A stretch of 63,888 nt of DNA from Klebsormidium nitens (lineage: Eukaryota; Plantae; Klebsormidiophyceae), in NCBI GenBank assembly GCA_000708835.1, contig DF237017.1, positions 140,987 to 204,874 of the forward strand, in the 5' to 3' direction. Under the pieces are notes generated by a model. It had not been told where the DNA came from and searched no databases. It saw only the letters and a program-made list of their open reading frames with translations. A program made the translations under genes and the position numbers. Positions 46,620 through 56,500 of this stretch are shown here, piece after piece (the first letter of the stretch is position 1; every line of letters starts with the position of its first letter).

Positions 46620-47030
46620 TGCCGCACTGGAGACAGCCCTCAGGTCGTGCAGAGTCGAAGAACAATGTTAAAAGTTTGGGCGAGTGCCAAGGAGCCTCTG
46701 TGAAGAGACCGGAGTCCACTGCCAGCAGAAGGTAAGGGTAAGTTAGTCGCAAAGAAAACAAAATTCGTGACAGCAAATGATCAAAGGGGATCAGAAGGCG
46801 CCTATAACTGGACATCAATGCCCGGCAGCGTTTTCCACCACTGATCAGAGCAGCTCAGCACTCCCTTACTTCTCCCACAAGCGAAAGCCTGGCACTGTTA
46901 CAATCAGAGTCTGGATTATTTTTCGACTGAACGCCCTGTATTTTACCAGGCGGAGCTGGTTGAGAGCTTGGTTAGACACCCCTGACCAGATCTTGAGGAG
47001 ATCTGGATTGCAGTGGAAGCTTTCTGTGGC

Positions 47031-50000
47031 ATGGCGCCTGCGGCATTGACGAACCGAGCTGCAGAACAGAGTGCGACAGGGCCCTTACCCCAGTGCTCCT
47101 CTTGGAGCTTACATCGAACCTCCTCCACGGGCCCCCAGCACCCAGCTGCCCCTCGCCGGTTGCTGCGAATTCGGACGCTTGCGGATCAGCCCGCACCTGC
47201 TGACTTGAGAGGGGAAGGGGAACAGATTTGGGAGGAGGCGCCCCCCGCCGTGTGGGAAGAGCAGCTACTGTACCCGGAGGCATGGTTTGACCTCTTTTTC
47301 AAGTACATCAAGCAGTCGCGCGAGGGAATGTGGGGCAGCGGGGCGGGACCGTTAAGCTGCATCCAGGTGGGAGGAGTGCAATAGCCCAACTCTACATCTC
47401 CATTGAACTTAATCAGCAAGTTGCTTAATCAGCTTACTTGCGGTATGACTAACAAATGTTAGCTGGTTATAGGCAATAAATGTATGTCTGGTCCGTGCTG
47501 GCCAGCAATCTTAGGGAACATCCTTTTTTAAAGACAAATCTTTGCAACACTTTCTGGTATAGACCAACCATTTATCGCTCGACTTTTACCTCTACAATGA
47601 TGCCTGATCAGACAGGACGTGGTTTGCCCATCCGTGTATTTTCCACAGAGCTTGAGTGTTTTCATCACGTTTTCGTGGTAAGACTTCAACCCGCTTATGC
47701 AGAGACCCCGTTCACCCACCAGCTCACCGCTGACCTTAGTGAAGGTTGTGAACAGTGACACGAGTACTATCCCGCAGCTTTTCTGCAGAGCGAACATTTC
47801 GTGGGTCAACTTTTACCTCGGCAAGACATCGTCAAAGTACAGTGATTCATCAGTGCGCCAATCGATCCTATTGCATGCAGAGCCTCGGATCTTTCCGCCA
47901 CCATTTATGGGAGGCCCCAGAGTACGGGCCCGAGCAGGAAAAGTGACACGACTCCTGCATTTGTTTCTTTGCGCAGGGTGAACTCGGGTGGCTGAACTTC
48001 GACTTGGGCGCAGGCGCCCAGAAGGAGGCTGCTAAAGACCATGGCTGCAGCTCTTGGGTCGGGTTCATGATTTGCTTTCCGGAGACCATGGCGTCCTACA
48101 AGACGATGGGCGAGCTCTGGAAGCCATTTGCCGCCATAGACGACTGGATGGAGCACCAGAGTCCGCGGACCTGGTCCCGGTGGTCGAGTGGTTCAAGGAG
48201 CTTTGGCGCATGAGGTGCGTCCTGAGGGGGTTTGAGCGGGAAAACAAGGTCCGGTCAGCAGGCGGTCAGGCAGGCGGGTTTCGCAGGTTTCCTTTCAGTC
48301 GGGGTCATGTAAAGAGAACCCACGCACTCAAGATGGTTCAAGGTCGAGCTGCAACGCCTGAGGTGCGCCCGGTATTTGACCAACTCAATTAGCAGCCGTT
48401 TTCAAGTAGGCGGGCTTGGTGGAAGGCATCGAACTTAGTGGACTTGGTCCAAAGTGCGCTCACGTAAAAGGTGACACAGCAGACATTTGAGAGCTGATTT
48501 CGAGAGCGAATCTGATAATTTTTTCGATGTCGAAGCTGACCCCCGACTTTCTTTCGAGTGCCACGACGCTCTTTACTTCACTGACACGCTCGGGACGCTG
48601 TGGGTGGCCTTCACGCGGTTCAACGACTCGCAGTCTGCTGGCCCACAAGTGGCTCATGCACACGTTCGGTAGAAGCAACAGCACGTCTCAGCTACGCGCT
48701 GCTGGATCCTCAGAGTAATGCATATCCATGGTGGTCATTACTTCGCAGCTAAGAGGCAGTCAACCGAACAAGGTCGACGAAAGGCGTGTAACCTCCGATT
48801 AACCATGCACACCTTGCAGATCGGGAAACTTCAACTGGTGGTAAAAGAGATTCCGAGCGGTGCAACGAGCCGTGGTTTGAACAGCGACTGCTGACTGCCA
48901 TTGTCTCCCAACGTCTCTGCAGTGCATCAAGCGACGGACTCGACTACGACCGGGCTATCGGTGCGGTGCCCACGTGCTTTGCCACGCGGCCGGAGCTTGC
49001 CAGCGCAGCCTCGGACTACCTGCTCGCCCTAGACAAGTACAATGCGCGTGCTACGCAGGTAGACCCTGCCTGGGTTCGTCGCATCTCGTGGGGCTCCTAC
49101 CTTTTTTACAGGGTGAGTTTCATCTAACCTGCCGCTAACACAGGGCTTTTTGGCGGTTAACCAGAGTCGGTTACGGGCTGGTTCGAAGCTGGTTAACTGA
49201 CCATAGACCAGACTCGAGCAATGACCAGGCTTTTAACATGGCTTTACTGCGGTTCTTGGTCAAAGAACCAGGCTGATTTTTGCTTATCGAACCTGGTTAG
49301 CAGCCAGACTTTCGTGTGTATAAGTCTGCCTGATTGGAGGACTTTGTTATCCAGCCGAGGCTGGTTAGTACTTGACTGGTTAGTCTTACCGTCTGCTGGT
49401 GACCTAAGCTAGTACTGCTGAGAATGGCTGTTGACGACGAAACGATTTGGGGTAGTAATGATGGGTCGGTACGGCTACTGACAGCAGCTTCACCTGTGCG
49501 AGTAGGGTGTGGTACAGCTGCTGACGACATGTCCGGAAATCCTAGTGTGGCCTCTTTTCGGGGCACCGTTGGATTTGTCCGTTTTCCAGCACCGGGACCT
49601 CCCGGCGGCAGTTTATCCGATGCCCGTCAATCTGCTCAGAACAAGCTAGAGTCGGGTTTGCAGACTTCGTCCTGGCACGTGAGCCACGTCTGCTATTGTG
49701 GTCCAAAACTTTGTGCCAAAAGCGATTCACTATAAATCAAAACCCGAACTAAGAGCGGACTTTAAAATATTCTTAGATCAAGTTTGGCTAAATAGTCCGG
49801 TTTCTCAGATCATAGCGCTCTTGATTCTGCCCTCGGATCTCAAACCAAACCGTACTGAAAACCGGACTCTTGATTCTGCCCTCAGATCTTAGACCAAATC
49901 GTACTCAAAATCAAAGTCCAGTTTTTAAGATCAACCCGTGTCTGAAAGTACCTGTGGCGCTCTTGGAAGTGCTCTTAAAACGAACTTACGATTTACAGCA

Positions 50001-52384
50001 AATCCAGCCTTTTCAGCGTGCCGACGAAGGCTCTCTTTGCACGCCGTTTCAACCGAACTCTTCACTTTGCTCGTGAGCGGTGTCAAAAGCGGCTCCGCTT
50101 CCGGCCTCCACAGGGCGTCATGCGCGAGGCCAACAGTCTAAGCGCGTACCAGACGCGGGGAACCCTGCCGACGCTGGAAGAGTACCTGCAGACCCGACTC
50201 TTCTCCTTCGGCGGGATCGGCATGAGAATGCTGACAATGGTGGAGCGCAGCGTCCGGTAAGCTAGCGGCTCCGGTAGGCCCGGGTAAACGAACTCTCGAT
50301 GCTACGTTAGGAACAGCCGCACTCACAAGGATTTTTGGCGGTTAAACATAGTCGGTTTACGTGCTGGTTCAAAGCTGGTTGAATGTCCAATAACCGGACT
50401 CGAGCGGTAACCACGTTTTTAGCATGGCTATGACGCACTTATTGGTCGAAGAACAACACTAAAGTCTGCTTATCAAACCTGGTTAGCAGCCAAACCTTCC
50501 TGTGACTGTCGGGAGACGCTGGTGGGGCTAGTCTATGGTTAGGGGGACACGGGCTCTCTTGCAAGATCCTTTCCATAAGCACGTTGGATCAAGGATTTGA
50601 ACGAGTGAGACATCTCCTCGGTGAGCAATTCCATTCTACTCTTCTTGCGCTCACTCTCCATAGAGTCAGGAACGTCCGTGCATCTGTTAGCCCTGTCTGC
50701 ATCTTGGCCTAAGCGGAATGAACAGAACCGCTTGCGTCACGGCCGTCCGAGCTTGGCATCGAAACTCAGGACAATTCCATCCGTCCTTCATTGTCCCGAC
50801 TCAGTAGCTACGCTTGCAAGCTGGCGTGGGAACAAGCGGGCCTCCGACGTTGATTAACTACAAGGGTCGCCACGTGGAATCTGTATAATCGTCGATCGGA
50901 TCCGGCGCGCTCTGACCAGCTGTCGCACCCGCGGCACGCTACATTCATGGCCACGCCCCCTGAGCCCCAAGTCTTTAATCCTTCGGAAATATCCCGCTCC
51001 ACGTGGCAGGCTGAACAGTGCCAGCTTTGCCCGCGCGCGCCTGCTGCTGGTGTATGCGGGCGCGGCCACCGCGCTCTTCAACGACTGCCTGGTCGCCGCC
51101 AAGGAGCCGGCCGAGGGCCTCTTCAACGCGGTCACTATCGCGGGGAAGAGCCACGTGGTGCGGCTGCATAACGTGATCCTCGACCTCTTTGCGGACGAGG
51201 CGGCCCGCTTCTGCGCGAGCGCGGCCCCGGTGAGCGCGTGTGCTAAACCAAACCCCTAAACCCCTAAACCCCTAAACCCCTAACCCCTAAACCCCTAAAC
51301 CCCTAACCCCTAAACCCCTAAACCCCCTAAAGTACAGTTTGGAAGAAAGCGGGGTCACCGATGGGCCCATCTCCTACAAACTGAAACTTAATCTCCGCAG
51401 TGCAACAGCGGCCAATTCCTTCCTCTTCAAAGTCGCGCCGGCTTTGAACCGGAGGCCGTGCTACGGTTCCGCACATCAACGAAGCGAGGTGCTCCGTTTC
51501 GGCTCCGGTTCGAGAAGCACGGATTGGAACTTAGGTCAAGCCTTGTGGCCTTCATTCAGAGACACCAACGATACGTGATTTTCCAAAAAGAATGGAATCG
51601 TGTTCTAATTTTTGTAAGGACATCCGGAGGCGCCACAGAAACATGTCCCTCACGGATCGGAAAATGTGATCGAATCTGCCTTATACAACGAAGAGTACTT
51701 TGTGAACAGAAACTTCTTGCGTCTGGATTTGATGTGACGTGGTTTTGCAACGCACTGACGACGCTCTTGCCGGACAATGGTGAATAACGGCCCGCACGTT
51801 GGTCGAATATAACAAGGCTGATTAATTAACGTGGCAAATGCTCACTGAACAAGCCCCTAGCAAATTCGACCCGCGAGGGGTCATCACGTGTTTTGAGTCC
51901 GGTACTCTTGTGTGCCCTAACCGCTGCTTGCGATAAGATAGGCGCCCGGTGGACGGGTGGGGTTACTTGGTGGTTAGGGTGGGTTCGGGTGCGGAGCGCG
52001 AGTTTTCCTGGTTAGTTCCATGGTGTGATTCAGTCGGGGATTGCGGATCTTCGGGCACACACCAGTTAGGCCACACAAGACTTACCAGTATCATGTCTTG
52101 CGTTGTCGCAGAAGGACGAAGCTGAGGAGTTCGTCAACGTGCTGAAGGCGAGCGTCACTGGTGGCGCCGTGTGGCACAACACCACTGGCCGCTACCGCAA
52201 GTATGTGGAGATGACGCGGCAGCCGTTTGCGATTGCGGGCTGGCCGGAGGGGCAGCTGACGGACGCCCACAGCCGGTTGCGCGGGGAGGTGCGCGCGATG
52301 TTGCAAAGGATTGCGCGTGAGGATCTGCCAGGGGAGTTCCCGCAATCGGATGAAGCGGACCGGCGGAGGGCGGCTGGTGCATGA
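47031..52384 (+). CDS. MTPSL: Microbial-type class I terpene synthase-like protein (MTPSL), possibly frameshifted; exons ~47031-47366, 47977-48214, 48483-48669, 48923-49112, 50114-50256, 51019-51229, 52112-52384
   Basis: DDWME (DDxxE, 48139-48153), PTLEEYLQTRLFSFGG, NDCLVAAKE (NSE/DTE-like, 51080-51106) and WHNTTGRY (WxxxxxRY, 52172-52195) occur in the correct order. A frame change is apparent at ~48163. Confidence 0.8.
49131..49318. repeat. Dispersed ~190-bp intronic repeat, copy 1 (MTPSL intron 4), probable non-autonomous transposon fragment
   Basis: Homologous to 50316-50504 (ttttggcggttaa...gctggttc(g/a)aagctggtt...gactcgagc...tgcttatc(g/a)aacctggttagcagcca). Rich in (C/G)TGGTT motifs. 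Confidence 0.8.
49818..49911. repeat. 2 x 49-bp intronic tandem repeat
   Basis: ctcttgattctgccctc(g/a)gatct...ccaaa(c/t)cgtact at 49818 and 49867. Confidence 0.85.
50316..50504. repeat. Dispersed ~190-bp intronic repeat, copy 2 (MTPSL intron 5)
   Basis: Homologous to 49131-49318. Confidence 0.8.
51253..51331 (+). repeat. Interstitial telomere-like array (CCCCTAAA)n, i.e. TTTAGGGG on the minus strand, 10 units
   Basis: 7 x CCCCTAAA, 2 x CCCCTAA and 1 x CCCCCTAAA, starting 23 bp after the exon-6 donor. Confidence 0.95.
51901..52086. mobile_element. MITE-like element (186 bp) in the last MTPSL intron
   Basis: Imperfect TIR ggtactcttgtgtgccctaac vs reverse complement ggtaagtcttgtgtggcctaac. 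Contains the shared core in reverse orientation (51951-51997). Confidence 0.65.
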
Positions 52385-52550
52385 CCTAAGCCTGCGCAGC
52401 TAACTAAGTAACAATGAAGATGTTTGAATGTACAGGGGGCCGTTTAAGTGATTATTCTGATCTGCGTATAAAGATATAGCGGACGGTGCATGACCTAAGC
52501 GCAGTTAACGGTGACATTTGAGTCCTTCCAAATGATGTACAGAGGGCCGT
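52376..52550 (+). repeat. Tandem duplication spanning the MTPSL stop codon (period ~109 bp)
   Basis: ggtgcatgacctaagc at 52376 and 52485; atgtacag(g/a)gggccgt also repeated. Confidence 0.8.
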
Positions 52551-53531
52551 CGTGCACAATTTTGGTTTGTGTAGGAAAGGTATATATGTAGCCTCAGCCT
52601 CGCTCAACGTGTTTTGTACATTCAAAAGCATAGGCACTTGCTGGTGCAATTATGATTTCCGGGCCATCCTCCCGAATTGCATCGTAGTAAGGGAAGGCCG
52701 GCCGGCCGGCAATCATGTAGGCCTTAGGGGGGCCAGTCACGGCCTCAGATTGTACATAGTTGTACATGTGACTTCGCGCACATCATGATGATGCATAGGA
52801 TCGGAATATCATGCACATAATGTTAGCGAAAGTTATATATAGGCATGATGTAACATGTGCATGTACATCTGGTGATGATTAATGGATGGCAGCTAGCAAG
52901 TGAGGAACATATGTTCGCTCATGAGACTGATTGATCCTGAGCTGCACGTGTTTATATGAGCCTATGCATCTGGCAGATCCTAAGTCGAGGCGCCCCGGCC
53001 TGGCATCAGTGTCTGGGTCAGATCATAGGATGGCGGGCCTCGCACCAGGTAGTATGGTAGTGTTGCCAAGGGGGCCGGGGTGACATGGCCGGGCGCCCTT
53101 CCAGTCACTGGCCAGAACTCTACGTGTCGAACGCCATTTGCTTTGCTGGCTCACGCGCGCAGCCTTTGCAGAGGCATGGAAAACTTGACGCATACAGGTG
53201 TAGCAGTGGCGACGCACAAAATGTAAAATCGATGGACTATTTTGTCGCCGCAATCTCTCCCCATGTTATGGTCGTGCGGGGGACCGTTAAAGCATGCATT
53301 GGCGAATGTCAGATCGTAGTGACCAATCAAGCGCAGACGTATGAAGACTGATCCAGACCAGCATGATTAGCTGATGATTTGCAACGAAATCGAAGTAGCA
53401 CGCGTTTCTGGGGTGCAAAGCGGATGCACTAAGACAAAGGACCGAGTCCGACTCGACCATTCCGCATTTCCAAACTCAAGGACGTCGGGTCAGCCAGAGT
53501 CAGTAACGGCAGCTGCACAGTCGCGCCGGCT

Positions 53532-56500
53532 CTACTTTTCCTCTTTGGCTTCGACCTTTGGATATTGCGCCACAACGTCCGACCACGCAACCACACCGTC
53601 GGCAAGACTCCGAACGACGCCCACAACCTGTTTCGTCCCGATGCGCACTTGTTCCGTGGTTTCCCGTTCCCGCAACGTCACAGTGCCGCCCTGAAGGGTT
53701 TCGAAATCGACGGTGATGGCGAACGGCACGCCGATCTCGTCCGTCCGGGCGTACCGCTTGCCGATGGAAATGGCGGTCGTGTCGATCTGGAAGGAAAGAC
53801 TTTGGTCAGCACCTCAGCTTTCATGTCTTCTTCGCTTTATGAAGTCAGCGCAACCCAACCATTTTTCCTGACCTATCTGGTAATCAGCAGATGAAGCCCC
53901 GAACAGTGCAGAGCAGACAAGTTCCTTTCTAAATGCGTAAACATTGCTGAATCCGGAAAACGACGCTGAGCGGTGCTACGAGTCCGTTGATGTTCCTATT
54001 ATTGTGACGACTCTCCTCATGCTTCGTCTTTTTGATTTCTCGCAAAGCTTCTTTAGAAACGGTCCCTCCGCTTCAAACATGTAAAATTCTTTGTCTCGTC
54101 GGTACGTAGTAACATTAGATACACGTTATGATGGTCCAACAAAAGGCACAATACGAGCTAAAGAAAGGGCCAGAAGAAGCTTCGAAGCAGCTCGCTGCTC
54201 TGTAATCAAAAGACAGAACAACAACAACATTCTTCCATGACTTCCCTCACCTTGTTCGCAACACCGGAGGCAGTCATCGCCTGCGAGATTTGGTAACCCT
54301 CCTCGTCCAGCTTGGCGTTTGACACTAGCGGGAACACAGTCACCTTGATGGGCGCCACGAGAGGCGTGAACCTGGCCAGACGAAGGATCGGTGTTAAGCG
54401 GCGAGGTGTTTAGAAGTAGGACCACGATGGCTTCTGTCTCACCTCTCCTTAGCGCGACTATCCTACCACTTTCCTACTAGCTTCCCACAACTTTCGTACC
54501 ACTTTCGCACCTTTTTACCAATTACCGTACGAGGAACAACGTCTGTTCGGTCTGCTCCGGACTCGGCTCAGGCGGAATGTCACTACCTAGCTTTGCGTTT
54601 GATATGGACTTTCTGACATCCAAGAAAACTTGACCGCCAAGCATGCAACCTGGTTTTAAAAGATGGATCAATTCAAAATAAGTAAGGACACACAAAACCC
54701 AGAGAACCGACTGTTGTTCGTTATCCGGGGCGTTGAAAGCGATTTACCAATCTGACTACTGAAAACAGGAAGCGTCTACTTAGTGTAATACAAGCAGACA
54801 GTCTGCTCAGGAACCTCAAAGTATCCGTGACGGGCCGCTGCTCGTCGCCAGCAGACGCAATCCAAGGAGGAGACAAGCACAACAACGACGTCACAACTTG
54901 GGACAAACTCGGGAACGAAAAAGGTGGGAAAGATGGGGAGAAAAACACTGAATGTTGTAGTAAAGGACTTACTTGAAGACGGTCCGCTGCTCATCGCCTT
55001 CCCGCGCATAGTAGGAGTGCTCGAAGAGGCAGTAGATGATGCGCCCGACGCCGAACGACGGCTCGATCACGGACGGCGTGATGTTCTTGCCGCTCTCCGT
55101 GCGCTTCTCCTTTGCAATCTTCACCATGTCGCGGGTGATCGTAAACGTCTGGAGGCAGAAATTCGGATTTACGTCAGCAGGCTGGGTCTGGGTGTGAGAA
55201 GAAAGAAAGATGTCGTTCAAATAACCAGAGCAAAAAGGGGCTTGTTTTGCTTAAGCTCTTCGTCAGCGCTCTTCACCATGTCGCGGGTGAACGTGGATGT
55301 CTGGAGGCACGAAATTGGGTGCACGTCGGCAGGCTGATTTAAGGTCTGGGGAAAAAAGAAAATTGTTGGAGATAAGCAGATGAGATCGTGGATAATAGTG
55401 CTTGGCTCTCCAAGCGCGTAACCTTTGCAATCTTCGCCATGTCGTGGGTGATCGTAAACGTGAGAGACACGCCATCGGGGATACGTCAGCATGAGGGTTG
55501 GTTGGGTTTTGAAGTTACCAGAAAGGGGGTCATGGTAGATGTTATGATAACCAAATTATGACAATGACCTTATAAGCTCTCCATGCGCATCTCCTTCGCA
55601 ATCTTCATTTTTTCGAGGGTGGTCGTAAACGTCTGGAGACACGCGATCGGCAGCATATCAGCGTGGGGGCTGCTTTCAAGTGGGCGTCCTGAGACTCGGA
55701 ACGCCTGACGTCACATGGCGAAATCGAAGCACGGACTTCCGCTATCCTGTCGCCGAAAAGCTGGTACCGGAGTCTGTGCCCCGAGCACTGGGCCCTGCTA
55801 AAAGTGGCCGGGTGATGACGTTTGCGTAGACGCCCTCTTTCAATGTTGGGGAGAAGCAGGGCAGTGAAAGGGGAACTGTTGATATAGAGAAAATAGAACC
55901 GGGGCAGAATAGTTTGGGCTGCTGTGAAAATCGTATCCGTTTTCTTTGGCCATAGCGAATGCCTGTGAAGGTGCGGAAAAGCCTGGAGCAACCAGGTCAG
56001 GCGTCTGAAAGCGACTCAATGGCTGTATAGCCTGGGAACTAAACCCTGTTCCTTACAAGCTGCAATTGAAACGCACTATACTGAAGTTTGCTTCTATTGC
56101 AGACGGGTACGCTTATAAAAGCCTACGTTCTTATCAAGTCCTGCTCACCTGGTTCGTTGTGCAGATGGTAAGCGGGGCTTCGCCGTCCTTCTCCAACTTG
56201 GCCTGCATAGCGAGAGCCTCCTCCTCTGACATCGCCTGCAACAAGCAAAGACGACAATCGTATCAAGAGGTAAAATGAGATGCGAGGCAAAGAGGTAAAG
56301 GTCCTCATCTGAATCTGACAAAGCCTGCAAACTTCAGAACGGCGATGGTTATTGAGTAGCGGCGATACGGAATTCTATCTTTGGAGAACGGTCGGAACCC
56401 CACAGGCGTAGAGGGGCTACATTGTGACCCATGATTCAGGGAGTTTGCGCAAACCAACCACGATGGGCGTCCGCAATACTGGTGCACGCCAAACTTGCGG

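Noticed and set aside
48630-48672. Second frameshift in MTPSL exon 3 (alternative frame LLAHKWLMHTF looks coding)
   Set aside because: The original frame reaches the donor CG|gtag in phase 2, matching exon 4, so no shift is required.
51253-51331. True chromosome end or scaffold join
   Set aside because: The array is only 79 bp, and the MTPSL reading frame continues correctly in the next exon.
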